64,000 nt of DNA from Camelus dromedarius (GCF_036321535.1 NC_087436.1:80540001-80604000), one strand, 5' to 3'. Numbered from the stretch's first letter, positions 38,747 to 53,309 are shown. Notes: generated by a model from the letters alone, not told the origin. Numbers and translations are program-made.

Positions 38747-39588
38747 TGCTCAGGCCTCACTAGCACTTCAGAAGCTTACGTTTTATTTAGTTCATATGCC
38801 TCTTCTTTTTCTCTTTATACTCTTGTGCTTTTATTTATCTTTTTCCCAAGGCCTAGGCTTGAGAATATTTAGATTTAACCTCAAAGAGCTAGAATACTAT
38901 GACTAAGAATATGAATTAAAAATATTCTTTCACCAGAATATCCTCACAGGAAATGCTTCCCTGAATCCTTATCTGATTGGCCTGATTTAGCTACTTTAAA
39001 GGCAAAGTCTATTACTTGTGAGGTTGCTAAGAGTAATTTTTCATTACCTGATATGAATATTTTGCTTAAAGCTTATACATGTGTTCCTCATAAAATATAA
39101 ATGTATATAATATCAATACTAAAATTTCTACAGTCCTGTGTCTAAGAAAGCAATAAATTATAGACAGTGTTGAACATCACAGACCTTCTGCATTAAGTAT
39201 GGCTCAGTATTACATACACAGACAAATAGAGGATGAAATCTATTAGTCTGCTTTTACTGAAGAAGAATTGAAGCTAAGAGGTAACTTCTGCAAAGGCAGT
39301 AAGAACTGAATTAGGCAGAGTGTTTACAGTATAGAGGCTGTAAAGCAAAGAGCAGGGTTTCCAGACTCCTATGCAATAGGTTCTTGCTACATTTAGGTTC
39401 AGCCAATCAAACCAACTTGTCCAAGATCTGAAAGGCAGAAGTGAAGCAGAAACCACACTCTCGCTGACATTTACATTTTTAAGCTACAGTGTTAGCAGAG
39501 ATTTCAGTATCCAGTAATTACCCTCCTGGCTGCTGGGAGGCAGAGCATGACGCATACATTTGGCTGGCCACAATACTGTATTCTAGAG

Positions 39589-40699
39589 CAAGGGTGGGCA
39601 AACTTTCTCTTTAAGGGCCAGATAGTAAATATTTTACCATATGGTTTCTGTTACCATTGTAGTGTGAAAGCAACAACAAACAACAGGTAAATTAAAAAGC
39701 ATGGCTGTATTCTAATAAAACTTTATGTATGGATACTGAAATTTAAATTTCATAAAATTTTTAGGTGCCACAAAACATAACTCAATCCTTGTGCGCTGTT
39801 GGTGGGACTGTAAATGATGTAGCCCCTATGGAAAACACTATGGAGGGTCCTCCAAAAATTAAAAATAGAACTACCATATGGTCCGGCAATTCCATTCCTG
39901 TGTATTTATCTGAAGAAAATGAAAACACTAACTCAAAAAGATATATGCATCCACACGTTCACTGCAGCATTATGTACAATTATCAAGATATGGAAACAAT
40001 TTAAGTATCCACTGACAAATGAATGGGTGAAAAAACTGTGTGTATATATATACCGTGGAATATTACTCAGCCATAAAAAAGAAAGAAACCTTGCCATTTG
40101 TGACATGAGTGAGCCTTTAGGGCATATGCTAAGTGAAATAAGTCAGACAGAAAGATAAATATCATATAATCTCACTTACATGTAGAATCTGAAAAAAAAA
40201 TCAAGCTCATAGGTACAGAAAACAGACTGGTGGTTGCCAGAGGTGGGGGCTGGGGAGTGGGCAAATGGGTGAAGGGGGTCAAAAGGTATAAACTTCCAGT
40301 TATAAAATGAGCAAGTCCTGGGGAAGTAATGTACAGCATGTCGAGTACAGTTAATACTACTGTATTACATATTTGAAAGTGCTGAGAGAGTAAATCTTTA
40401 AAGTTCTTATCACAAGGATAAAAAACCATAACTATGTATGGTGACAGATGTTAACCAGACTTACTGTGATGATCATTTTGTAATACACACAAATATTGAA
40501 TCATTATGCTGTACACCTGAAACTAATATAATGTTAAATGTCAATTACACCTCAATACTTTTTTAAAAATCTCATTACTCTTCTTTTGGTTTTTTCAACC
40601 ATTTAAAAAATGCAAAAATCTTCTTAACTGGAGGGATACACAAATCATTTCAGCCAGATTTTGCCTGTTGGCCACAGCTTGCTATACAACTATACCCTG
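39589..40699 (+). mobile_element. MER58B (hAT-Charlie), split by an L1
   Basis: caagggtgggcaaactttctctttaagggccagatagtaaatatttt ... ccctg. 8-bp targets ttctagag and atccagag. Confidence 0.8.
39785..40568 (+). mobile_element. L1 (L1MA9-like) 3' fragment
   Basis: gttggtgggactgtaaatg...tcattatgctgtacacctgaaactaatataatgtt. ORFs at 39765 and 39919 are ORF2 remnants. Confidence 0.88.
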
Positions 40700-41089
40700 A
40701 TCCAGAGAAAGCGGCAGCTTCCTTGGTGGCCCAGCTCTGTGGGACAGCACTGGGAGATGTTTGTAAAAGGTCAACCATGAGCCTAAAATCTGTTTCTTCA
40801 GTCATTTCTATCCCTCCATGAGCCATTACTCTGTGGTAAGTGTCTTCCTGCTTAAACTGGCTAGAAAGGATTCTGTTCGCTGCAACTAACTTCTGACTGA
40901 TGCACAGTGCTGCTATCTATTCTTTAATATCAAATTTCAGTGTTCAAAAGTTCAGTTATTTTATGTTGTTATTTTTCTGGTTATTTTATACGAATCAGGA
41001 TCAAAATAAGGACTAATTATTGCTATTGGCTGATAATGCCCCTTAAGCCTCTCAGCATGGATCCCCCAGTCTGTGCACTGTTGCCTACT

Positions 41090-41520
41090 GGAAGACCTGT
41101 GTGTTCATTTATTAAGCAACCACTATGTGCCAGGCAGTGCTTCTGGTGTTTGGAACATAGAGGGGGAATATAAGTCTACTAATAAGTATGTGTCTTTTGG
41201 GAGTTCAAACTCTGGCGGAGAGAAAAAAATTAAGTCAATATATAAGTCTCGTGGTGATGGCTATGAAGAAAAATTAAGTAAGCTTTGAAAACAGAACTTT
41301 CCCAGGGTTGCTGTTTCAGTCTGCACAGTCAAGGAATGCTTTTCTAAGGAGTTAACACCAGAACAGAAACTTGAATGAATGGGGGAGTAATCTGTAAGAA
41401 TTTCTCGGGGAAGAATTTTCCAGGCTGAGGGACAAGCAAAATCAAAGGCTGGAGGTAAGAACGTGCTTAGCATGGTTGGAGAATTGTAAGGGTGCCAGCG
41501 AGGCTGAAGCAGAGAGAGAG
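41090..41520 (-). mobile_element. L2 3' fragment
   Basis: ttcatttattaagcaaccactatgtgccaggcagtg. Confidence 0.7.
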
Positions 41521-44214
41521 GGGGAAGTGCTAAGCTGCTGATTGTCTGCATTGTGCTTCAGTGTTTACTTCTCTTCAGTTGCTTTGAATCAACTGATACC
41601 AAGGCGACAGCTCTGTACACTACCTCCTCCACTCTGCTGGTCTTCCCATTGCTGTCCACCTAGAAAGCCTCACCTGGCCTACCCCTCTGTCGTCCCTATG
41701 TGACTTACTTTGGGAGAGCTCTGTGCCATGTTTAACATTTCTGCACACTTGCTAAAGTTTACAGCACTTCTTGCAGTCTGTGACTTGGGGTTGTGGCTTT
41801 CTTCTCATTTCACTAATGTGAAAAGATTTCTTCCCTATTCTTTATTCTTTCAGTTATGTTCCGTTAGCATTAGGAAGGAGAACAGTATACAAATGCTTTT
41901 ACTCAATTATCTTTAAATGGAAATCCTTTACCTTATCTACTGTAGATAAATTTAGACATCTATACATGGGTAGATCTTAAACTTCTCAATCCCTACGTTT
42001 TCTGTTTCAATCAATAGATTTTCCTATTTGAAAATCTGAGAAATTGTAAACCATGGAGATCTATAAACTGGTAACTCTTGTTCAAGAAAAAGCACAGAAT
42101 CAATTTTAAATGTAAATTAAAGTAGCTAAAAGGAATATAAAACGGGAAATTACAGCAAATTTCTACTATAATACTTATATTCAAGCTAAGAAATGACAAA
42201 AGGCAAATAAATAGGTATCAATACCCAAATGACTATGCAGTGAAAAGAGTAAGTAAATGTCAAAACAACAGAATATGTTAAGTAAATACAGCATTATTAC
42301 TTTCAGGACCACAAGCCCTAGTTATAAAGGCTTACCTTGGCTTCTTCTTTAAATAACAGTCAAAACGTCTTATACCTACCATAAAATGATTAGCATAAAA
42401 AGTATTCTGAATCATATAAAGATACTTTAAAAGTGTCAGCTTTTTTAAACAAGTAAACATTTTCCTCAATCTCAATTATACAACTTAGTAAATAAAATCC
42501 TCTCTTCATAAATGTAAAGTTTAGTTTAGCTCTTACTAAATTATCAAAAACACTGAATTAGTGAGTTCAAGTGGTTATAAACTGTACAAAATTTTGTATG
42601 CATTAACTTTTATTTCCTTGGTCATTTCTATACTCCTTATATCCACGGGCTCTGCTAGGTGTTATAATAGAAAGATAAATAGATCATGTTCTACCCTCCA
42701 GGTCCTCACAGTTAAGCTAAAACATATTATAGAAATAATGTGATAAGTGCTATAATAAACAATAAATAAACAAGCTGCTATGAGAACACAAAAGATTTAA
42801 CAATCAGTAGAGAAGATGACATCTGAGCTCAGTCTTAGAAACTGAGTAGTTCATTCAGCTGACAAATAGGTCCAACCTTATTTCTAGCAAACAGATCATA
42901 TGTTTATTGAAGAGAAGGCACAAACATGCTGCTGTATCTTAAGAGTTTAGCAGAGCCACAGTACAGGGTGAACGTGGGGAAAAGCTGGAGATGAGGATTG
43001 GATAGAATAGGCAGCCACGGGCAGATCATAAAAGGCTTTCCATACTAGGAAAATAATAAATGCCTATTAAGCAGGAGAGCAATGTATGTTGAGAAAATAT
43101 TTCTAAACATAGGGTGAAGTGTGAAATAGGTATTTTAATGATCCCTCAGTATTAAAGGCAGTGCCAATGGAGGTAGGGGTGCAGAGCAATGGTGTGGGAA
43201 AATGTCACCAATAAGTATTAACAATTTGGAATGAGATATCTTTCAGGATCAATGGGGACAGATGAAAAAGACTAAGATTTCTACCCTGAGGGACTGGAAG
43301 AATAGTAGTGTCATCAACTAAGTTAGGAAATAGAGTAAACAAATAAGAATTAATAGGAAAGAGGAAAAGAAAAAAATTTGGCAATGGTGAAATAAAAAGA
43401 GCAGTAAGAAAACATAAAGCAAAATAAAAACCCAGGACTGGGGCTCAGGAGAAGAAAAAGCAGATATACATGCCTAAGTAACACATTCAAAACAAAACTA
43501 ATTACCAATTAATAAGCGGAAATATGATTGTGATGTCATTTTCTATTTTCCAAATAGAAAAAATTATAAGCATATTTGCAAACTTTTTTTAAAAAAGCAT
43601 TTTTAGCTATTGAAAAAGTTTTTGAAATGTAATATATGTGTGGAGTTAAAAAAAATACTGCAAAAAAGAATATACAGTAAAAGTAAATCTCTCATCACTG
43701 GGCTCCAGTTAGCCTCCCCAGATCAGTCATTATTACTAATCTCTGGAATATCTTTACAAGGCTGTTATATGTGTATAAGCACAAAGATGTACATATAATA
43801 TGCATGCTCCCTTAAACAGCCTACTAAAATAAGTAATATGAGGAACTACATTTGTATTTCCTAAATATGGTATTATATGCACCAAATTTACAATGGCAGC
43901 ACTAAAAATTTAGTCAATTAAAAAAAGCACTTCTATTTACAAGTAATTTGCAATCTTAATTTACCAATCAACTTAATGGTACAAAAGATTAAAAACAAAA
44001 CCCCACTAATTTCTCTGCCCATACACTGACCTTGAGGGGACTCCTTGGCTAACAGGCTCTGAATGTGTGAGCACAATAGGGCCCATTCCTCTGATGGTAT
44101 TTTACTCAAGACTTGAAACCTAGGCTCCAACTACAAGTGGGTGGGGCTGTTGTGAATTAGTCTCTAATTCAGAATCTTTTACTCAACATGGCTAGCCCAC
44201 TAATTATCCCACAT

Positions 44215-44390
44215 ATGAGGGATTTTCAACCCCGCCTGGGCATCAGAATCAACTAGGGGCCCTGAAAAAAGATTCTGATGCCCAGGACCCTCCCCATTCA
44301 AATCAAAATCTCTGGGGCTGGAGCCCAGGCATTACTTTCACAGGTTCCCCCATTACTCTAACATGCACACAAGGTTGAGAACCATTGCCA
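44215..44390. mobile_element. MER5A-like hAT MITE
   Basis: ttttcaaccc...catcagaatca...aaatcaaaatctctgggg...aaggttgagaaccattg. Confidence 0.75.
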
Positions 44391-45899
44391 TAGAAACGTA
44401 AGATCAGATTTTATGGAAGGAACCCTTAACCTTTTAATCTAGTTACTAAAATAATGTTCAATTGTGGAAAACGTACTTTTAAAATTCTCTGGCAAAGGTG
44501 GCTCTAAATCATCAGGGTGTTCCTAACACAGGACAAAGTGACACAGACGTCTCACAAAGCAGCACGTGGTGCAGCTTCACCTCACGTTCTCTGGACCAGC
44601 CTAACAGCCCAGGACAAACCTGCTCTAGCAGCTGCATTATGGAAGAAACAGGATCAACTGATGGAAATGCTTTAAATCTCCCTGATTTACAAAGAAGTTA
44701 CATACTTAGAGACAGCCAAAGTTGTATTAAAATTTAATAAGTGAACAGCCAGATACACTGACAACTGCTTAACTACAAAAAATCAGAAGCAAAGTGAACA
44801 AATTAAACTCCCAAGAAGTGACATATGCAAGACCTCTTTTATAGGGATTCTAACCTATACGTGGAAAAGCTTAAGCCTGTGATATCCAATATGGCAGCCA
44901 CTAGCCGTATTTTATAATAGTTAGTATGTAATATATACATTTCCACTCACAGATACAACCTTTCAACTACTGCATCAAGACAAATGAGACTACAATTAGT
45001 ACAAAATGTTCTTCCACCTCCTTGATGTTGCCGTGGTCCTGGGGCTTCACTGCTTTTTTCAGAAGAACATAACTAATCATAAACCATAACCAGAAAGATA
45101 TACTTCCTTTACTTTATTCACCATCTCCAATTCATTAACTAGTGGTATTACTAAGATTCTTTGCCTTCCTTTTAACCCCAAACCCCTGCTTCTGTAGCAA
45201 TGGAAATCACAACAAAATACTAGTACATGGAAAGCTAATTCTGCACCCCACAGACAAAACAAACAGAAACAATAGCTTTCCAACAGCAACTGTAGAATGC
45301 TAATTCTCAGAAGAATTCCAAAGCCGTGAGCATAAACCTAAGATTTAATACCTAATTTGTGTTCAGGAACTTACACAAAATAAAGTCAACAATCTCCCAG
45401 ATGACATCCCATTATGGATAGACAGTCTGGGTCTGATATTGAGAAAATGAACAAACACACACTTCTGAGGAGACTATATGTCATGGTGTGAAAGCTGCCT
45501 ATCCAGTCACACTCAATTTTATAGGATAAAATTAACTGTTCGACTAAAAACTCTAGCAGCTCTCATTGTGATTCTTTGCTCTTAATACACCCCTGAAAAA
45601 GACAAAATCCCTAAAATGTCCCATCAAATCTTAAGTAAGTCAAGTAAAAATTAATGAATTAGGGTATGTCCTTTATCTGGTAAGAAAAGATCCATCCAAG
45701 CACAAGACCTCACATGAGTATGAATAGAAGCAGAAAAATATGAATACAAGTAAAACAGACCCTCAAGGTAAGAAGACTAGAGCAAAGCCTATATTACCAT
45801 CAATTATGCAGGCCTAATGTGTGAACTGTAAGGTCTGAGTTCATTAACATTCCATAATTCAAGTATTATTAAACTATTCAAAAATCAATAAACTGGAAG

Positions 45900-46660
45900 T
45901 TTCTTATCAAGTTAAATGTATTTATCATGAACCTGGCAATCCCATTCTTAGACATTTACCATAGAACTGGGGCTGGAAAATGATGGCTCTGTGCCATACC
46001 TGTTTCATAAGTAAGTCTTTTTGAAATACAGCCACATCCATTCATTTATGTATTGTGTACAGCTGTTTTCATCCTACAGGATGAAGAGTAGCTGCAACCG
46101 AGACCATAAGGCCTAAAATAAAGCCTATCTAGAGCTTTGCAAAAAAAAGTCTGCTGATCTGTGCATTAGGAAAATGGTAACTTACGATCACATAAAACCT
46201 ATACACAGAAGTTTACAGTGGCTCTGTTAATCATGGCCAAAAAATGGAAACAACCCAAATGTCCTATAACGAGTTGATGGATATACAAACTATAGCACCC
46301 ACAAGTAACAGTACAAGTAAATAAATGCTCGATACGTACAGTAACTTGAATGTTTCTCAAAGGCATTATCCTGAATGAAAGAACAGTCTCAAAAAGGTTA
46401 TACACTGTATGATTCCATTTATGTGACATTCTTAAAAAGAGAAAACTATTGATGAAGACAGATCAGTGGTTGCCAGGGGCTAGAGGTGAAGAGAAAGTGT
46501 ATAAAAGAATAGGACAAGGAAGTTTTAGGGGTGATGAAACGGTTCTCTGTCCATACTGTGGTAGTGGTTACACCAATCTGTATATCTATCAAAGTTCATA
46601 GAGCTGTACACCAAAGAAAAATAAATGTTATTGTGTAACAATTAAAAAATAAAAATTTTA
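45900..46660 (+). mobile_element. Old L1 3' fragment with a MER58A inserted at about 45967-46163
   Basis: L1: ggaaacaacccaaatgtcc...tgtatgattccatttatgtgacattct. MER58A: tgaaatacagccacatccattcatttatgtattgt. Confidence 0.75.
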
Positions 46661-48074
46661 TAAAACAGTATGGCAGGTTAAAGAAAAACAGTAAACTAAT
46701 AAGGAAACTCTAAAAATTCAGGCCCAAGAATGAGAGTTTGCCAAAGAAGATCAGATCAGAAAGTGTGGTCTAGGTCACTACACTCTTTGAGTTTTATTCC
46801 TGGTTTTTATCATTGATTCACTATAAGGCATTAAATCACAGAGAGTATTTCTCTGTGATTTTTGTGCACATAGTTTCACAGATGATATCTGAAGGTGAAC
46901 ATAAAACCCTCAATGGAGTATTTCCCCTGTCAAATATGACATACCACATGAAGAAATACTGCAATTCAAGTTATCTCAGAATATCCCCATTCTGCTCTTC
47001 AGATTAGCCATAAATATAAAGGTCAGGTTTATATCATAGCTGTCAGCCCTTTTTCCACACTCAAGTTCTCTCTCTCTGCTGTCAAAGCTCTATAACATCT
47101 CCAGTCTAGAAAATCTGGCATCTTATTCCACACACACCCCAAAAGATTCCACCACATACGCTGTAGATCTGTACAAGGTCTCTGATTTCCTTTCAGGCAG
47201 CCAGAACTGCAGACTGCCCAGGAGCAGTGTCTAAACGAACTGCCACCCAGATTTAATCAAAAGATAAATCTGGGGAACACAAAATAATTTTTAGGGAAAA
47301 CAAGAGGTATAGTAATTAGTTCCTTCACAAGCTCAACTATAAAAACAATCTACAAATTAGTTATATATTTTTTAAGTCCAATAAAATAGTTTAAAAAAAC
47401 CAAACGCAAAAAACTGGAAGATTAAGATCCCTGTACCAGTAAGAACATTCAGACTAATTGATTCCATTGTGTATAACTAGTCAACCATGTCTCAAGTTAA
47501 AATCTAGAAGACAAAGAACTCAGGAACAACACTAAGCAATCATAAATCACTTACATAGACATCAAAGGGAAGAAAACTTTTTAAAGGGCAAAATAAATCT
47601 TTAATCATGACAGAAAACACACCCAAAAGTCTCTAGCTTTTTGTGATGACTTTAAAATGTCAATGAATTCTTAGATATCTTCCAAAAGAGGAGTGTATCT
47701 CCCTTCCTCCTGAATGGGACGCACTTCTAAAAAATAGGATGTTGGGAGTAACATCATGTAACTTCCAAGATTAAGTCATTGGAAAGAATTCAAATCCTGG
47801 CTCTGCCATTTATATTAATTCCTCTTCCAGGCCTCTTGTTAGGATCAGAGATAACACATGTAAAGCTTTTTTCGTGGTGCCAGATCATTAGAAGTTTAAC
47901 AAAGAGCTTCTAACCAATCACCTATAGGTCTCAAAGGCCCCTGAAGGTGTGTATTATTGGCATTCAAAGATGAAAAAGTTTATTATGTAATACTGAATGA
48001 AAGTCACAAATTGCTGAAATCAAGTAAAACCACAAAGTGTGTCAGACTTTTAGGAAAAAAAATCTTGCTTTCTA

Positions 48075-48154
48075 TTAGGTTGAGTCAAATGAAATGTCAT
48101 TTTTGTTAGGTCAGAAAGGGGAGAGTATCAGCAATTTTATAAGGTTAAACCTAA
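48075..48154. mobile_element. MADE2-like 80-bp Mariner MITE
   Basis: Inverted termini ttaggttga...ttaaacctaa, with TA on the left and an 80-bp length. Confidence 0.7.
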
Positions 48155-48859
48155 CGGTAGTTATAAAAAGAAAATACAAGTGAGTATAGAAATATTACAG
48201 GAGAGGTATTTTCTCTTATCAGTAAAAACTGAAAAATTTGTATCTCACAAGTTATGGCTTACTCAGAAAACCTGAAGCCAAGATGGCTATACGATGAACT
48301 AGTCAAGTTTTTTCATAGCCAATTTAATATGTCAGTTACTAACCCAGCCTATTCTGAGATTGAACAAAAGTTAAATATTTATATCCAGTTGAGCATTCTC
48401 TATCAGAAATACCATTAAGAGGCATCGAAAATTAGGGAAATGATGGTTTACAAAAAGGCTTTAAGAACAGATTATTTTAGTTTACAGTGAAATATAATAT
48501 GTTCTTCAACAAGCAGCAGACCACTTTCTCTAAATCAGACAAAAGATGGGTTTTACAAAATTTAGGAAGATAATTGGACAATTAGCACCTTGAAACAAAA
48601 ATACAAATTCCCATTCATTTAACATTCACTGAGAACCAGATACTGAATGTTGCCATGGAGGTAGACACAGAGAAAACACTGGTAGTTTAAATAGAGCCAT
48701 AGTAAAAAGGAGAAAATACTACTCATTATAAGCGTTTTATGTATCATTTTAAGTGGCAAATATTCTGACTTGATTAAATAGTAATGGAATTATTTCTAAA
48801 TATCACATACCTTATGCTTGAAATCATATTTTTATTTATGACACTTAAGACAAGTTCTG

Positions 48860-49040
48860 GGTACTCATTCATTTAATATTCAAAATAGCCCTATGAGATA
48901 AGTATTATTATTATCCACATTTTACAGAAGAGGAAATTGAGGCATAAAGAAGTTAAGCAACTAGCCCCAGTTCACAAGCCTAGTAAGTGGCAGAGCCCAG
49001 ATTTAGTCAGGCTGTCTGGCTCGAGAGTTAGTACTCTTGA
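48860..49040 (-). mobile_element. MIR
   Basis: attattatccacattttacagaagaggaaattgaggcata...ctagtaagtggcagagcc. Confidence 0.8.
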
Positions 49041-49316
49041 TGACTTCATTGTGCTACCTCTCAGATTCAACTTTATTAGCATATCCCAATATAGCTGACT
49101 TTCTGGTACTAATTCTGACAATCGAGACAGAGGATTGCATTAAAAAAACAAACTATTCTTCTCAAGCACAATATGAAACAATCTGACTCATTAATCAGTT
49201 AATAGTTTTTCATTGATCTTAGCTTATCTACAGAGTAACAAACAAACCACAAACAGACAAGTCATTTGTTAAAGTGGGTAACAAATCTGAACCAAAGAGC
49301 ATTCACACAGAGACAG

Positions 49317-49373
49317 ATGAACTATCTTCTGGTTCATGAACTATCTTCTGGTTCGTTAACTATCTTCTGGATG
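49317..49373. repeat. 19-bp tandem repeat, 3 copies
   Basis: atgaactatcttctggttc twice, followed by gttaactatcttctggatg. Confidence 0.92.
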
Positions 49374-49534
49374 TCCTTGATCTAGGTAAGCGTAACAGAC
49401 GCAATAGATCAGGCAATTGACAGGAACAAGAAGAACACTTTAGGCACACAATACGTGGGCAAAGGCCCACAGATAACCCAGAAGTATTTTGGGGAGTGAA
49501 TTGAGAAGTGATTTTGACCATTAAAATGTTCCAC

Positions 49535-49745
49535 TGTGGATTGGCAAACTACATCTCATGGGCCAAATTTGGCCTGCAGCCTGTTCTTGTAAATAAAGTT
49601 TTATTGGACCATAACTATGCTCATTTGTATTGTCTAAGGTGGCTTTTGTGCAGAGCTGAATAGCTGCAACAGAGATTCTGTGGCCCTCAAAGCCTAATAT
49701 ATTTACTTTGTGGCCCTTTGCAGAGAAAGTTTGCTGACCTCTATG
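49535..49745 (-). mobile_element. MER58A
   Basis: ttggcaaactac...gggccaaatttggcctgcagcctgtt...gtaaataaagttttattgga...aaagtttgctgacc. Confidence 0.8.
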
Positions 49746-49876
49746 TTATACTTAACATCAAGTAGAAAATAAATGTAATAGACATGCTCTGACCTTAAAA
49801 AAATAGATTCTTACTTTACATAAGCATTAATTAATATCAAATGTATTCTATAGCTAGAGACTTACAACTGAAGGGC

Positions 49877-50063
49877 TACCAAATTTCATCAAATCCAAGT
49901 TACCATCAGTAGTAAGACTTGTTATTTTACGTACCATCAAGAAAAACACTGCAAATTAAAAAAATAACACAATAACTTACTATTGTATCTACTGCAAGAT
50001 GATTCTAGTTTCAAACTTCGGCAAATGAGAAAAAAGTGTATCTTAGAATTGATGAAATATAGT
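49877..50063. mobile_element. MER104/Kanga-like Tc2 MITE
   Basis: Inverted termini taccaaatttcatcaaatccaag and cttagaattgatgaaatatagta, about 185 bp apart. Confidence 0.6.
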
Positions 50064-51449
50064 ATATCATTCTACAATGATACAAATTCATAAATGAAAG
50101 CTAACAGGGGTGTGACAAATCTACCAAGTGGGATTTTCCACTTTATCACAGAGTACTTGAAAGGACAAGGGGTTTCTTTGTAACACTTTGCCAATACCTA
50201 TAAAAACCAAGAAATATTAGTAGAGAACAAAGGACTAAGGTTTGCAGGCTGTCCCACATGTAAGGCAGTAGATAAGGAGGTCCGCCATAAGCCCTAATGT
50301 ACAATGCATATTGGTCTTTCCAAAACATTGGTAGCTGTGCTGGGGACATTCAGGTAACAGAAAAAAAAAAAAAACAAAAAAAACAAAACAAAAAAAAAAC
50401 ACAGTAATATTACATGTAGAATGAATGTTTTCCCTTTGATATTAAACACATGACCATATATTTCAAAGTAATGGAACACCTTTAGAGTATTTTCCACAGC
50501 AGGGCATATATGAAGAGAGTTTGTTTGAGTCACTGCTTTTAACTGGAGGGAGAGGGGGAGGGAGGGGAAGAGACAGAGAGACTGAAGGAGGGAGGGAGGG
50601 AAAGGACGAATTAGAAGCAGACTTTATAGCTTCAAATTTAACACTTTATCTTTGTCCTCAAAGTATTAGATTATCCAATTTAGTATCTGACAATAAACAA
50701 TATAATATGTAATTGAGAATTCTGTATTAATAATTACAAACCTTTAATACATAAGAGTAGAAATTTTTACAATACTGTTTTTTAATTTCATTCTTCTGCT
50801 TATTAGATTTCAAACATATTTCAAAACAAATCTTTATCTTAGTGTTTCATTACTTAAGAGATAACCTTTTTGAAGGCAGCAGAGTTACGACAGTATGAGA
50901 AAAGCAGGACAAAAAATGAGCATGTTGTAAGTCTATGTCTGTCTCTCTCTCTAACACCATATGAGAATGAGGGGAATAGCACTGAATATAACAATCGTTT
51001 CAGAATGGCTCCCCTGCTCACAGCCACACATATAACCAAATTAAGAGAAAGGAAAAGGAAAATAAAATATTAAGTATTTACTATGTACTAGACACTGTTC
51101 TAGGCATTTTAGATAAATTAATTCATTTAATCTTCAAAACAACTCTCCTCTTACTCCCCTTAGCAGATAAGGAAACTGAGGCTCAGAGAGGTAAAATTCC
51201 AGTCACACAGCTGGTAAGTGGTTTAGTTATTCATTCAACAAGTGGCTGGATGGAGACAACTTCTTTCTCATGTACCACACTACTGTCAAACTGAAAAAAA
51301 AAAAAGCATACGTGCCTTTAATATATATTAGATAGAAATAAACCAAACTTACTGTGTTGCAGTTTTGTCTTCTTTTTTTCTTTTAAACAAAGTAAAGCAA
51401 GAATGCTACCCACATACGCAAATTCTGAAAGCTGGAGTTCCTAGGGCAT

Positions 51450-52360
51450 TCCCTCCTTAGAAAGGATCACATCGCACAACTTTACCATCAGTATATCTCC
51501 TCTCAAATCTCTGAGCTCCAGGACTGCATAACTGTCTGCCATCAGACACGTCCACTCAATGACTTGCAGACATCACAAAATTAACATTATCAAAAATAAA
51601 CCTGATCTCCATTCTCACTGAGCTCCAACCTCGTTTAAGGATATTAGCATTCACCAGTCTGCTTAAGCCAAAACCCTGAGTATTGTCTCACTGGGTCTAC
51701 CTACAAACTACATCTCAAATCTGTCCTCTTCTCTCCCAACGTTCTAGAACAGGCTGCCATTGTTGTTCACGTGGACTGCTGTAATAGCCTCCTTACCATT
51801 TACTCACTTCCTTGATTTCTTTGTCTCTTTTGCAGGCAAAAAGCTTTTTTTTTTTTTTTAATTTGTGTGTGTGTGTTTGTGGCTAGCACAAATTGCAACT
51901 TAAAGCCTACAATGGTTTCCAATATGCCGAATAAAATCCATACTCTTTATCATGGCCTCTTAAACTCTAGATAATATGGTCTTTTTCTACCTCTCAAACT
52001 TAATTCCATTCTCCTCCTGGACATCTCCAGGCATCATTTCAACTCCTCATACACCAACTGTTCACACTGCAGGGCATTCCCTTTTCCTGTAAGCTCCTGG
52101 CAGGGAAAACTCCTTCAGTTTTCAGCTTCAAGGTCATTTCCCCTGACAAGCTTTTTCTAACAATGTGGAAGTATTTCTGTCTTCCTATAGTCCTCTGTCA
52201 CTTCACTTTCTTCATTTCCTCCACAGGTATCTATTTACCTGTTTATTATCTGCTCTCTATCAGATGAACTCCCAGTGGACAAAAATATGCCTATTCTATT
52301 CATTAATACATACCCAGTACCTAGGAAAATATCTGGCACACATTAGGAACTCCAATTTTT
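51450..52360 (+). mobile_element. L2 3' region
   Basis: ctgtctgccatcagacacgtccact...cttaagccaaaaccctg...cagtacctaggaaaatatctggcacacattagg...gaatga. Confidence 0.7.
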
Positions 52361-52827
52361 CTTGAATGAGCAACCTACATATATTAGGCTAAAAGACTCA
52401 TTTTTATATAATTAACTTGAACTGTTTTAAGCTATTAGGTTTAAGAGATTATCATTTTCTCTCTTAAAAGTGTGAAAATATAGCTCACAGATTTTTGAAG
52501 ACCTGCAATAAACATTAAAGCCATGAATTCTGTTGTCTCATTCATTTTACAGACATACAGACAATATAAAACTTAGATGACTTTCTTATTTCCAGAATCT
52601 AAGTGAAAAAGCTGCAATAAAATTTGAAATATTTAGATAATTAGCTCATTTAAATAATTGTATTTATGTGCAATCTAGTTATTCTGTATCATCAAGAATA
52701 AGTAAAATATTTTAATAAAATCATAATTTTTAAATTTGTTTTCACCTGGACAAATGTATTTCATAAAAAGGAAAAATGACCTATTTTGGTTGGATCCAAG
52801 GAAGAATCATAAATTACTGTTCCATTC

Positions 52828-53305
52828 TGTGGTAGTTATAAAACATATCCACAAATTCTTTGATACTCTTCACTTCAAAGTTAAGTCTCTACTTAACTGA
52901 GTTAAGTTTAGTGGCATAACAGAATATAGTGGCAGTGACCATGTCATAAAGGCACTGTGGCTTCTCCTTGTTCTCTTGGATCACTTGCTCTGAAAGACGT
53001 TGACTTCCATGTCATGAGGATATTCAAGTAGCCCCAGGGTCCACATCAGTAGGAACTGATGCTTCCTGTTGGCAGGACTTCCATTAACAGCCATGTGAGG
53101 GAGCTACCTGGAAGGATGCTTGAGCCCCAGGCAAGCCTTCAATAGCCCTGACCAAATCTTCATGCCTACAACCTCATGAGAGATTCCAGAACCACTCAGC
53201 TCAACCACTCCTGAGTGCCTGACCCACAGAAACTCTAAGATAATAAATGTTTGTTTTTTAAAAGCTGTAGGGTAAGTTATATCACAGCAATAGGTAACTA
53301 ACACA
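52828..53305 (+). mobile_element. MaLR solo LTR (MLT1F/G-like)
   Basis: tgtggtag...ccacaaattctttgatactc...gacccacagaaactctaagataataaatg...cagcaataggtaactaacaca. Confidence 0.8.
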
Positions 53306-53309
53306 CATT

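Larger units (their letters stand above)
39490..40905 (+). mobile_element. Old ERVL-type LTR (LTR16/LTR67-like), split by MER58B and L1
   Basis: 3' end ctgcttaaactggctagaaaggattctgttcgctgcaactaac...ctgactgatgca. The left part (39490-39580) is less certain. Confidence 0.5.

Noticed and set aside
49317..49373. CRISPR-like array
   Set aside because: Head-to-tail repeats with no spacers, in mammalian DNA.
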